The notes: a model not told the origin generated them from the sequence alone. DNA of 64,000 nt from a virus (IMGVR_UViG_3300015607_002611:9143-73142), one strand, 5' to 3'; shown: positions 19,079 to 27,949, counted from the first letter of the stretch. Made by a program: numbers and translations.

Positions 19079-19718
19079 AATTAAACCAATAGATTTTAGT
19101 TCAGTAACTGAATTTGAAAATCAAGTAGCCTCATTCTTTGGTGCTAAATATGCGATTGCTGTTGATTCATGTACACATGGTATAGAATTATGTTTGAGGC
19201 ATGTTAAAGCTGATTATATGTTTTCACCTAAGCAAACATATATCTCAGTTCCATTTCTTGCTAATAAACTAGGAATAGACTTAGTATGGACTGATTATGT
19301 ATGGCAGGATTGGTATACAGTATGGGGGAAAGGTGATTCTGGATTACAAAGAGTGTTAGATAAAAGAATTATAGACGCAGCTGTACTTTGGAAAAAGGAT
19401 AGTTATTTACCAGGCACATTTATGTGTCTTAGTTTTCAATATCAAAAACATTTAAGTTTAGGTAGAGGCGGAATGATTTTATGTGATGATGAAGTTTCTG
19501 CATTAGAATTAAAAAAGATGTCATATGATGGTAGATTACCAAATATACCATGGCGTTCACAAAACATTGATATATTTGGATATCATTATTATATGACACC
19601 TGAAACAGCATCAGTGGGATTACAAAAATTACCAGAGGCTATAGCAACTAAACCAAAACAATGGGTCATGAGTGATTGGCCAGATTTAACAAAAATGAAA
19701 GTATTTAATAATGAGTAA
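19059..19718 (+). CDS. DegT/DnrJ/EryC1-type sugar aminotransferase-like, short form
   Basis: 'FENQVASFFGAKYAIAVDSCTHGIELCL' (N-terminal signature) and 'LSFQYQKHLSLGRGGMIL' (PLP-Lys motif SFhxxKxxxxGxGGxI). Only ~220 aa, against ~370 for typical members. Confidence 0.45.
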   Translation: MFMEENKIKPIDFSSVTEFENQVASFFGAKYAIAVDSCTHGIELCLRHVKADYMFSPKQTYISVPFLANKLGIDLVWTDYVWQDWYTVWGKGDSGLQRVLDKRIIDAAVLWKKDSYLPGTFMCLSFQYQKHLSLGRGGMILCDDEVSALELKKMSYDGRLPNIPWRSQNIDIFGYHYYMTPETASVGLQKLPEAIATKPKQWVMSDWPDLTKMKVFNNE

Positions 19719-20700
19719 GAAAGCATTTATCACAGGAATTAATGGACAGGATGGTAGTTATTTAGCTGAATATCTATTATCATTGGGTTACGATGTACAT
19801 GGAATGATGAGACGTAATTCAGTACCTGAAAATCAAACAATGAGAATTGAATCAATTGAAAAAAATATTCAAACCCATTATGGTGATTTATTAGACCAAA
19901 CTTCAATCGAAAGATTATTAACAGAAATTAAGCCAGACGAAATTTATAATCTTGCAGCTCAGTCTCATGTAAGAATTAGTTTTGATGTACCTCAATTTAC
20001 AGTACAAACTAATTCAGTAGGTGTAATTAATATGCTAGAAGCATATAAAAGAATTGTACCAGATGCTAGATTTTATCAAGCAAGTTCATCTGAAATGTTT
20101 GGATTATCAGTAGAAGAAGATAATTTCCAAAGAGAAAGTACTATAATGAATCCTGTATCTCCTTATGGATGTAGTAAAGTATTTGGGTATAACGTAGTAA
20201 GACATTATAGAAGAGCTTATAATATACATGCTAGTAATGGTATTTTATTTAATCATGAAAGTCCTCGTAGAGGTTCTAACTTTGTAACTAATAAAGTAGT
20301 TAAGGGTGCGTGTATGATTAAGTTGGGTTTAGATAATAAGTTAGAATTAGGTAACATGGATTCTTATAGGGATTGGGGTCACTCTAAAGATTATGTTAAA
20401 GGGATGCATATGATTTTAAATCATGACGTTGCTGATGATTTTATTCTTTCGACAATGGAAACACATTCTGTTAGGGAAATGTGTGAAGTTGTATTTAGTT
20501 ATTTGGGTTTAAATTATCAAGATTATGTAGTTCAAAATCCTAAATATTTAAGACCTGAAGAATTACCTTATCTTAAAGGTGATTCTACTAAAGCAAGGAC
20601 AATTTTAGGTTGGAAACCAGAATATACATTTGAAGCTTTAATGCATGAAATGTGTGACCATTGGTTAGATGTATTACAAGGTAAAAAATCTTATAGATAA
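19711..20700 (+). CDS. gmd: GDP-mannose 4,6-dehydratase
   Basis: Near-full-length similarity to Gmd: 'KKAFITGINGQDGSYLAEYLL', 'YNLAAQSHV', 'FYQASSSEMFG', 'NGILFNHESPRRG', 'LGNMDSYRDWGHSKDYV'. Confidence 0.92.
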   Translation: MSKKAFITGINGQDGSYLAEYLLSLGYDVHGMMRRNSVPENQTMRIESIEKNIQTHYGDLLDQTSIERLLTEIKPDEIYNLAAQSHVRISFDVPQFTVQTNSVGVINMLEAYKRIVPDARFYQASSSEMFGLSVEEDNFQRESTIMNPVSPYGCSKVFGYNVVRHYRRAYNIHASNGILFNHESPRRGSNFVTNKVVKGACMIKLGLDNKLELGNMDSYRDWGHSKDYVKGMHMILNHDVADDFILSTMETHSVREMCEVVFSYLGLNYQDYVVQNPKYLRPEELPYLKGDSTKARTILGWKPEYTFEALMHEMCDHWLDVLQGKKSYR

Positions 20701-20963
20701 TGAAATTTGAAATATGGTCAGTAGGTATAGATGAAGGCGTATATACGCCTATGTTTAAGGAATTAGAGTCAGATGACTTTTCATATATTTATGCAACATT
20801 TTTAAAATTATCAAAGAATGGTATGTATATGATTACTACTAAGACTTTATTGCCAGCAAACGAGCTTAAAAATCAAAAGTGGATTTATGAATCACCTGAC
20901 GGTGGTAAAACAATTTATAAAAGAAAACGTTTAACAAATGATAGAGAACAACATGAGGGATAG
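20700..20963 (+). CDS. Hypothetical protein
   Basis: ATGA-coupled to gmd. Confidence 0.3.
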   Translation: MKFEIWSVGIDEGVYTPMFKELESDDFSYIYATFLKLSKNGMYMITTKTLLPANELKNQKWIYESPDGGKTIYKRKRLTNDREQHEG

Positions 20964-21549
20964 AATAAAAAATCTAATACAACAAGAATTAGATGCTATC
21001 AAAAATATTCCTATAAATGATACATTTGAAGATGCAGTTGAATTAATATACAATCATGTACATTTAGGAAGAGGTAAAATAGTAGCAGCAGGCATTGGAA
21101 AAGCTGGCCATATTGCACATAATATTGCCATGACATTATCTTCGACAGGGACGAGAGCAGTATTCATTCATCCTACCGAGGCACAACATGGTGATTTAGG
21201 TATATTAGGAAGAAATGATATTTTATTACTTGCTTCTAATTCAGGTAAAACAAGAGAAGTTTTAGAATTTATACAATTAGCAAAAAACATTTTTCCAGAC
21301 ATCAAAGTTATTTCAATTACTGGAAATAAAGAAAGTGAATTAGCTAATAAATCAACTGTAAATTTATATACAGGCGGTGCTAAAGAAATAGATAAATTTC
21401 AATTAGTCCCAACTACATCAACAACACTTATGACAATTATTGGAGATATTTTAGTTGTCGAATTAATGGATAAAATTAATTTTACTAAAGAACAATACCA
21501 ATTATTACATCATTCTGGATATATTTCTGAACAGCTAAAAAACAAATAA
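20938..21549 (+). CDS. kdsD: Arabinose-5-phosphate isomerase, SIS-domain only (KdsD/KpsF-like)
   Basis: 'GKIVAAGIGKAGHIAHNIAMTLSSTGTRAVFIHPTEAQHGDLGIL...LLLASNSGKTREV' parallels KdsD 'GMGKSGHIGRKMAATFASTGT...HPGEAAHGDLGM'. Confidence 0.8.
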   Translation: MIENNMRDRIKNLIQQELDAIKNIPINDTFEDAVELIYNHVHLGRGKIVAAGIGKAGHIAHNIAMTLSSTGTRAVFIHPTEAQHGDLGILGRNDILLLASNSGKTREVLEFIQLAKNIFPDIKVISITGNKESELANKSTVNLYTGGAKEIDKFQLVPTTSTTLMTIIGDILVVELMDKINFTKEQYQLLHHSGYISEQLKNK

Positions 21550-21550
21550 T

Positions 21551-22330
21551 ATGGAAAAACATTTTAAATTAATAGCAGGACCCTGTTTAATTGAAGACGA
21601 AGAAGTAGCTTTAAGAATTGCTGCAGAATGTAAATATATTGCTGATAGACTAGGAATAGAATATTACTTTAAAGGTTCTTATAAAAAAGCAAATCGAACT
21701 AAGCTTTCTAGTGTATCTTCTGGAATGACAGAAGAACGAGCTTTACAAGTTTTACATAAAATTAAAACTGTATTAGGTATACCTGTCGTTACAGATGTTC
21801 ATGAAACACATGATTGTGAAAAAGCTGCAAAATACGTAGACGTATTACAGATACCAGCATTTCTTTGTAGACAGACTGAGCTGCTTATAGCAGCAGGTAA
21901 AACTGGTAAGATAGTTAACATTAAGAAAGGTCAATTTATGGCACCAGAGTCAATGATTCATGCTCAAGAGAAAGTATATTCAACAGGTAATAAAAACGTT
22001 TGGCTTACAGAACGTGGAACTACATTTGGATATGAATATCTTGTAGTTGATATGACTTCAATGCCTAAAATGAGAAAGTTTAATGATAATGTTATAATGG
22101 ATTGTACACATTCAGTCCAAAGACCAAATCAGAACGGCCAGACAGGTGGAGACCCTGAAATGATAGAAACTATTGCTTTAAGTTCTATTGCAGCTGGCGC
22201 AACAGGATTATTCTTAGAAGTACATCCTGAACCTTGGAAATCTGGAAGTGATTCAACTAACATATTACAGATTGATAAATTAGAAGGTATTTTAGAGAAA
22301 TGTATTAAGGTTAAACAAGCCTTAAAATAA
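21551..22330 (+). CDS. kdsA: 3-deoxy-8-phosphooctulonate (Kdo-8-P) synthase
   Basis: 'GPCLIE', 'YFKGSYKKANRT', 'VVTDVHE', 'VDVLQIPAFLCRQTEL', 'VNIKKGQF', 'ERGTTFGY', 'DCTHSVQ' and 'LFLEVHPEP' are all KdsA signatures. Confidence 0.9.
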   Translation: MEKHFKLIAGPCLIEDEEVALRIAAECKYIADRLGIEYYFKGSYKKANRTKLSSVSSGMTEERALQVLHKIKTVLGIPVVTDVHETHDCEKAAKYVDVLQIPAFLCRQTELLIAAGKTGKIVNIKKGQFMAPESMIHAQEKVYSTGNKNVWLTERGTTFGYEYLVVDMTSMPKMRKFNDNVIMDCTHSVQRPNQNGQTGGDPEMIETIALSSIAAGATGLFLEVHPEPWKSGSDSTNILQIDKLEGILEKCIKVKQALK

Positions 22331-22331
22331 T

Positions 22332-22868
22332 ATGGCCAAAGTTTTAGAAAACATTAAAGGTACTCATGAATATTCAATACTTGTTGAATACATGAAACAA
22401 TTACAATATGATAAGTTAGTACACTCATCATATGCACCTAAGAGATTAGAAAAATGGTTCGGTTATTCATCTAATCTCCAGTCTATTAAAGATGGTAGAC
22501 ATGAATTAAAATTCATTGAAACAATACCTTACGTTTTCAATAGAATTAAAAACGATTATTATCCAGAATCTGATTCAATTTTAATTTGTAAAGGTGAAAA
22601 ACCAGATTCTGATACTTCAATTTCAAACCATAGAGACCACGGATGCTTTTTAGCAAAAGCTGTTATGTTAAATATTGGAATTTCTACATATACTGAAACT
22701 GATTATAATGGCTTAGTTAAATTATACGAACTGAATGATGGTGATATAATTGAAATTGATACAAAGATAATTCATGCATCAAGTCAAATAAGTGACCTGA
22801 GATTAAATGCAACTTTAAGAAAAGTTAGACCTGAATTTTTACCACGAAAAACAAACAATTTATTTTAA
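22332..22868 (+). CDS. Hypothetical protein, possible Fe(II)/2-oxoglutarate dioxygenase fold
   Basis: 'HRDHG' (HxD) with downstream 'IIEIDTKIIHAS' (second His). There is no HAD DxDG motif, so it is not KdsC. Weak. Confidence 0.25.
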   Translation: MAKVLENIKGTHEYSILVEYMKQLQYDKLVHSSYAPKRLEKWFGYSSNLQSIKDGRHELKFIETIPYVFNRIKNDYYPESDSILICKGEKPDSDTSISNHRDHGCFLAKAVMLNIGISTYTETDYNGLVKLYELNDGDIIEIDTKIIHASSQISDLRLNATLRKVRPEFLPRKTNNLF

Positions 22869-23617
22869 TGAGAACATTAGGAGTTATACCAGCAAGATAC
22901 GCTTCGACTAGATTGCCAGCTAAACCATTAGCTAAAATTAATGGTAAAACAATGATTGAATGGGTTTATGATGCTGCAATACAATCTGATTTAGATGAAG
23001 TTGTAGTTGCAACAGAAGATATTAAAATTTTTGATTACTGTAGTACTGTAGATATTAGAGTAGTTATGACTAGCCCAAATCACGTTTCAGGGACTGAAAG
23101 AATAATTGAAGTAACTAAAATGGAAGGTTACGATGATTTCGATATTATCGTTAATATACAAGGTGATGAACCGATGATTACTCCAAAAGATATTAATGAA
23201 CTTATTAATTCGATGAAAAATTGGCAATCAGTTTATCCAAATACAATTGGAACATTAGTTACTCTAATACAACCTCACGAATATACACAAAGAAGTTGCG
23301 TTAAAGCTTATCAGAAAGAAAATACTTCAGAAATTATAATGTTTACTCGAAGTAGCTTTTACAACTTCGAGTTAAATGAAGTTAATCGTTTCAAAAAACA
23401 TATTGGCATATATGCTTTTCCATCTAAGATTCTTGAAAACATTTCTGAACTTAAGGATAGAACTACAAATGAGATAGCTGAAAGTTTAGAACAACTTAGA
23501 TGGCTTGATAACGGAATGAGCATAGCAGGAGTTTTCACGTCAAATCAAACTATTTCAATTGATACACCAGAGGATTTAGAAAGAGTCCGTTTAAAATTAA
23601 AACATGAGCATATTTAA
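22868..23617 (+). CDS. kdsB: 3-deoxy-manno-octulosonate cytidylyltransferase (CMP-Kdo synthetase)
   Basis: 'LGVIPARYASTRLPAKPL', 'VVATED', 'SGTERI', 'IVNIQGDEPMI', 'IGIYAF' and 'IDTPEDLERVR' parallel E. coli KdsB throughout. Confidence 0.9.
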   Translation: MRTLGVIPARYASTRLPAKPLAKINGKTMIEWVYDAAIQSDLDEVVVATEDIKIFDYCSTVDIRVVMTSPNHVSGTERIIEVTKMEGYDDFDIIVNIQGDEPMITPKDINELINSMKNWQSVYPNTIGTLVTLIQPHEYTQRSCVKAYQKENTSEIIMFTRSSFYNFELNEVNRFKKHIGIYAFPSKILENISELKDRTTNEIAESLEQLRWLDNGMSIAGVFTSNQTISIDTPEDLERVRLKLKHEHI

Positions 23618-24110
23618 AAAAGTAAGAGAGTTAATTCCAACAATCGATAAATTACGACATGTGATTAAATCAATTAGTTATCGATTTTATTCAACGTGTA
23701 TTACAATTACAATAGCTAGCTTTGTAACAGGTAGTACCAAAACAGCATTTGCTATAGGCAGCGCAGATTTTTTTATAAAGATTTTCACTTATTATATTCA
23801 TGAAAGAATTTGGTTTTATATTCCATTTGGTTTACAAAAGCCAAGAAAAATTCATGCTGAAATTAGTTGGGAACCAAGTATAGAAGTTGGTGCACATGAA
23901 CAAATTGAATTTTTAGAATTTGAAGATAAAGATGTTCGTAAAAGAGTTAAAGTTACTAAATCTATGGAAGGTGTACACCCTATAGTATATAGAGCTTTAT
24001 TATCAACGAAAGATAAAAATACAAATAAGAGATATTCAGATGTTGTTCATGGTAGCAAAGAAGATATCGAAAAATTATTAAATGTTAAAATAAAAGAAGA
24101 TGGAAAATAA
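23604..24110 (+). CDS. Hypothetical membrane protein
   Basis: Two or three hydrophobic helices in the N-terminal half. Confidence 0.3.
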   Translation: MSIFKKVRELIPTIDKLRHVIKSISYRFYSTCITITIASFVTGSTKTAFAIGSADFFIKIFTYYIHERIWFYIPFGLQKPRKIHAEISWEPSIEVGAHEQIEFLEFEDKDVRKRVKVTKSMEGVHPIVYRALLSTKDKNTNKRYSDVVHGSKEDIEKLLNVKIKEDGK

Positions 24111-24315
24111 CATTCCTATAAAATTTAAAGATACTATAATTGGCTATGCTGATTCAGAAGGTAAAATTATCGAAATAATTAATAAAAAATTATGGGATAA
24201 ATTATTTACCAATAATCAAAATGTTTATATTTCAAGTAGGGGTTTAGGTGAAGTTAATAATGAAGGTACAATAATAAATGATAAGAGAATATCATTTGAT
24301 ATTTATGAAAAATAA
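24100..24315 (+). CDS. Small hypothetical protein
   Basis: ORF only. Confidence 0.25.
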   Translation: MENNIPIKFKDTIIGYADSEGKIIEIINKKLWDKLFTNNQNVYISSRGLGEVNNEGTIINDKRISFDIYEK

Positions 24316-24350
24316 TATTCTGGTTTATAGGTATTTCCGGCAATGAATCA

Positions 24351-24359
24351 ATATATAAT
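24351..24359 (+). promoter_or_regulatory. 'ATATATAAT' motif 18 nt upstream of homing-endonuclease-like gene
   Basis: Same motif class as upstream of the other HE genes. Confidence 0.25.
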
Positions 24360-24376
24360 TAAAATAATTTGATTAT

Positions 24377-25231
24377 ATGTACATAAGAAAGTGCCCAACT
24401 TGTCCACGTGAAACTAAATTTAAAAGTAAGAAAGCTTATAATAGAGCAATTGAATCAAACAGAAGCTGTAAACAATGTAGTATAAGAAATAATCTTTCTG
24501 GGTATAGAAATGATGTTTCAAATGGTTTAAAGCCTAATGGATTTTTAAATAAAACACATACAGAAGAATTTAAAAACAGGCTAAGAATAGAAAGAATAGG
24601 TAAAAAAGTTCATAATAGTAAATCTAAATCTAAAATTAGTAAAGCTTTATCCGGTGAAAACAATCCAATGTTTGGTAAATCTTTCTATGATATTTGGGTT
24701 GAAAAATATGGAAAAGAAGTTGCAGATAAAAAGTTAAAAAAATTTAAGTTTAAAATTAGTAAAGCAACTGAAGGTAAAAACAACCCAATGTTCGGTAAAC
24801 CTTCGCCCCAAGGAAGTGGTAACGGTTGGAAAGGTTGGTACAAAGGAACGTTCTTTAGAAGTTTACACGAGCTATCTTTCTTGATTAATTATATAGAAAG
24901 ATTTAAAATGCCATTTGAATCAGGTGAACAAGCTAAATGGGCAATTGAATATAGAAAACCTACAGGTGAAATTGGTACATATTTTTCAGACTATGTTATC
25001 AATGGGAAATATATGGTCGAAATAAAACCTGAAAAACTTAAAAGTAGCCCAACTAATAAAGCTAAACGCAAAGCAGCTGAAAAGTTTTGTAAAGCTAAAG
25101 GTTTAAAATATAAAATGATATCGCCGATATTATTAACTGAAACAAATATCCTATTTTTACATAAAAAGAATATAATTAAATTTACAGACATATATGAAAA
25201 ACGATTCAGAAAGCAATATACATTTTCATAA
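24377..25231 (+). CDS. Homing-endonuclease-like protein: N-terminal zinc finger, NUMOD3-type repeats, C-terminal PD-(D/E)XK-like motif
   Basis: 'CPTCPRE...CKQC', repeated 'ENNPMFGKS' and 'KNNPMFGKP' (NUMOD3-like), and 'FSDYVINGKYMVEIKPEK' (D...ExK). Confidence 0.45.
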   Translation: MYIRKCPTCPRETKFKSKKAYNRAIESNRSCKQCSIRNNLSGYRNDVSNGLKPNGFLNKTHTEEFKNRLRIERIGKKVHNSKSKSKISKALSGENNPMFGKSFYDIWVEKYGKEVADKKLKKFKFKISKATEGKNNPMFGKPSPQGSGNGWKGWYKGTFFRSLHELSFLINYIERFKMPFESGEQAKWAIEYRKPTGEIGTYFSDYVINGKYMVEIKPEKLKSSPTNKAKRKAAEKFCKAKGLKYKMISPILLTETNILFLHKKNIIKFTDIYEKRFRKQYTFS

Positions 25232-25853
25232 TTTAAGTGTTACCCGCGAGATGCGAGAAAAATTAAATGGTCATAAACCGTGTATAATTTGGTTCACTGG
25301 GTACAGCGGAAGTGGAAAATCCACAATAGCTAATATTTTAGATACTTATCTACATAAAGGTGGCTATCACACTTATATCTTAGACGGCGATAATATTCGC
25401 TCAGGTTTAAACAAGAATTTAGGTTTCAGTGACGATGACCGTAAAGAAAACATTCGCCGTATTAGTGAAGTAGCTAAATTATTTGCTGATTCTGGTACAA
25501 TTGTATTAACAGCATTCATTTCACCTTTTATTGAAGATAGACAAATTGCACGTGATATTCTTTCAAAAGATTTCAATTTTATTGAAGTTTATGTTGAAGC
25601 AGATTTAGAAACATGTGAGGCGCGTGACCCTAAAGGTCTTTACAAAAAAGCAAGAGCTGGTCAAATCAAAAACTTTACTGGAATTGATAGTCCTTATGAA
25701 GCTCCTATAAATCCAGAAATAACATTAAAAACTTCCCAGTATAGTCCAGACTTAAGCGCATATACAGTTCTTCATTATTTATACGATAATAATATTTTAC
25801 CTTTAGGACTAAAGCAAGATGCTGTTAATAATTCTAAAACATTAAGTCACTAA
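25194..25853 (+). CDS. cysC: Adenylyl-sulfate (APS) kinase
   Basis: 'IIWFTGYSGSGKSTIA', 'LDGDNIRSGLNKNLGFSDDDRKENIRR', 'VLTAFISP' and 'CEARDPKGLYKKARAGQIKNFTGIDSPYEAP' are near-identical in pattern to E. coli CysC. Confidence 0.93.
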   Translation: MKNDSESNIHFHNLSVTREMREKLNGHKPCIIWFTGYSGSGKSTIANILDTYLHKGGYHTYILDGDNIRSGLNKNLGFSDDDRKENIRRISEVAKLFADSGTIVLTAFISPFIEDRQIARDILSKDFNFIEVYVEADLETCEARDPKGLYKKARAGQIKNFTGIDSPYEAPINPEITLKTSQYSPDLSAYTVLHYLYDNNILPLGLKQDAVNNSKTLSH

Positions 25854-25855
25854 TT

Positions 25856-26077
25856 ATGGCAAAAACACCAAGCACATCAGAACATTTAAACGAAGTTTTA
25901 AGTGATACTCAACAATTAAATGATATTAATTCTAGTATTTTACATGCTGAAAAAACATTAGAGTATTTGAATAATATGTATAAAGAAAAGCCTCAGAATC
26001 CTGTAGGTTCAGCTATTAATGTAGTTGAATTATTAATAATGAATTTAAAAAAATTAAAACCAGTAGCAAAAGATTAA
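25856..26077 (+). CDS. Small hypothetical protein
   Basis: ORF only. Confidence 0.25.
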   Translation: MAKTPSTSEHLNEVLSDTQQLNDINSSILHAEKTLEYLNNMYKEKPQNPVGSAINVVELLIMNLKKLKPVAKD

Positions 26078-26078
26078 T

Positions 26079-26561
26079 ATGAATAATTGGAGTAAAACAA
26101 ATCACGGTGGCCAAAAATTAGCCAAAGTAGAAGATAAGAAGCAATATGCTATCTTTGTAGGAAGATTTCAACCATATCATTATGGTCATATCTCTTTAAT
26201 TGAACAAAAGATTAATGATGGAATCCCTGCTTTAATTATGGTAAGAGATTTACCTGCAGATGAAAAAAATCCATTCACAACTGAACAAACTGTACAGATG
26301 ATTGAAAAATATCATAGTGCAAAAGGTCATGATGTAAAGGTAATGATTATACCTGATATCGAAAGTGTAAATTATGGTAGAGGTGTTGGATATGAAGTAA
26401 ATGAATTTACACCACCTGAGAATATTAGATTTATCTCTGCAACAAAAATCAGAGAGTCTATTAAAACTGGAAATACTGAATGGCATCAAATGGTCCATGA
26501 AAGTATACAAGACGATGTAATAAATTACTTAAAAGAAAACGATCTATTACTTTCTAAATAA
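26079..26561 (+). CDS. nadM: HxGH nucleotidyltransferase, archaeal/NadM-type NMN adenylyltransferase-like
   Basis: 'AIFVGRFQPYHYGHISLIE' matches the archaeal NMNAT signature GRFQPFHKGH. 160 aa. Confidence 0.5.
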   Translation: MNNWSKTNHGGQKLAKVEDKKQYAIFVGRFQPYHYGHISLIEQKINDGIPALIMVRDLPADEKNPFTTEQTVQMIEKYHSAKGHDVKVMIIPDIESVNYGRGVGYEVNEFTPPENIRFISATKIRESIKTGNTEWHQMVHESIQDDVINYLKENDLLLSK

Positions 26562-26565
26562 TTTA

Positions 26566-26588
26566 AAGCCGGTTTATCCGGCTTTTTT
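26566..26588 (+). terminator. Rho-independent terminator
   Basis: AAGCCGG-tttat-CCGGCTT followed by a T-run. Confidence 0.7.
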
Positions 26589-26647
26589 ATTCATAAACAA
26601 AACTAAATTAGTGCATATATAATCTATAACACGTTTATTAAAATATT

Positions 26648-27016
26648 ATGATTATTAGCATGTTAAAAATGGAATGGGAATATGTTGAAGATTTTATGGA
26701 CTATCAGTCTTTAAAAGTATATGACCTTTACTCAAAGGACGATATTCAAACATTCTATAAGAATTACAAAGAAGAAATAACTAACGAAATTTACGATGCT
26801 ATTGTAGTAATGATGAAAGAAAATCTGCTACAAATTCCTGTGTTTAAATTTAATATAGGTGGCAGAATAGCTAGGATTAGTGTTACTCGCGATAATATAG
26901 ATATTATTCTTAAAGAATGTATCGCAACATATGAAGAAACTGAGAATTACGAAAGATGTTCTCAAGCTTTAAAGCTTATTAATAATCAAATCGAAGATAC
27001 TGGATTAATCCATTAA
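26648..27016 (+). CDS. Hypothetical protein
   Basis: ORF only. Confidence 0.3.
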   Translation: MIISMLKMEWEYVEDFMDYQSLKVYDLYSKDDIQTFYKNYKEEITNEIYDAIVVMMKENLLQIPVFKFNIGGRIARISVTRDNIDIILKECIATYEETENYERCSQALKLINNQIEDTGLIH

Positions 27017-27057
27017 ACAATATCTTATTTTCACATATAAGTTCTAAACTAAATACT

Positions 27058-27270
27058 ATGGAAAATAATGTATATAATCATTTAGCAACGTGGGCTAAAC
27101 TTATTAAAGAACAGAATGAAAATCCTAAAAAATCTAATTCAGTTGAATTTGACTTTTTACCAGGTAAAATTTTTCATGGTGTACAAATACTTAATGCTAG
27201 TGATGATTTTAATAAAAACGAACTTAATTTTAAATTAATATACGATCATTGGGAAAATAAATTAGATTGA
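27058..27270 (+). CDS. Small hypothetical protein
   Basis: ORF only. It converges on the antisense HE gene. Confidence 0.25.
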   Translation: MENNVYNHLATWAKLIKEQNENPKKSNSVEFDFLPGKIFHGVQILNASDDFNKNELNFKLIYDHWENKLD

Positions 27271-27861
27271 TTTATTCAATTCAGATTTAATAAATCTATT
27301 AACTGGACCTCTAGGTAAATTTAATGATTTATATATTTTAGCAACATGATATCCTTTTTTATGAAGTTTCCTAATTTCATTTTTATTTTCATTAGATAAT
27401 ACTTCTATTGAACCAGATATTTTCACATGGGGAATATTATTCTTATTGCAATATCTTCTTATATTATGTTTTTTGATTTTTAAAATTCTCCCTATTTCAT
27501 TTATATGAATTCCTTCATTAGCTAATTTTAAAATTTCTATTTCTTTATCTTCAGCAATTGAAGGTTTAGGACCACACTCTCCACCTATTGTACTATTATA
27601 TCCATTATGAAATGAATTATATTTGATTATTTCTATAGTTTCTATTCTTTTAGATTCATCCCACGTCAAATTATCTAATATAATATCCCATTTAAAATTA
27701 TCCTGACCATACTTTCTAATGGCATTATAAAATTTATTTTTAATCTTTTTGACTAAAGCTTTACGTAAATGTCTAGATTTTCTATAATCTAATGAGTGTT
27801 TAGTTCTACCAATATAAACATCTGATGTAATAATATTTGTTACTTTATATACTAATCCCAT
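27262..27861 (-). CDS. GIY-YIG homing endonuclease (free-standing, only antisense gene in window)
   Basis: 'LVYKVTNIITSDVYIGRTKHSLDYRKSRH...YNAIRKYG' is a GIY-YIG signature. The C-terminal DNA-binding region is 'NIRRYCNKNNIPHVK'. An ATATATAAT-like motif sits upstream on the minus strand (27862-27885). Confidence 0.85.
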   Translation of the reverse strand: MGLVYKVTNIITSDVYIGRTKHSLDYRKSRHLRKALVKKIKNKFYNAIRKYGQDNFKWDIILDNLTWDESKRIETIEIIKYNSFHNGYNSTIGGECGPKPSIAEDKEIEILKLANEGIHINEIGRILKIKKHNIRRYCNKNNIPHVKISGSIEVLSNENKNEIRKLHKKGYHVAKIYKSLNLPRGPVNRFIKSELNKSI

Positions 27862-27949
27862 AATATATTATATATTGCGTATGGCTTCACATTAAACCCT
27901 ATAATGAAACTTTTACATATTTAACAATATAATAATTTAAACTACTAAT

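Noticed and set aside
22332-22868. ORF between kdsA and kdsB as KdsC phosphatase
   Set aside because: No HAD motif I (DxDG) or motifs II-IV are present.
26079-26561. HxGH protein as ATP sulfurylase partnering CysC
   Set aside because: It is too small (160 aa). The motif GRFQPYHYGH matches NMNAT/cytidylyltransferase-type enzymes, not Sat (QTRN...HxxH) or CysD.
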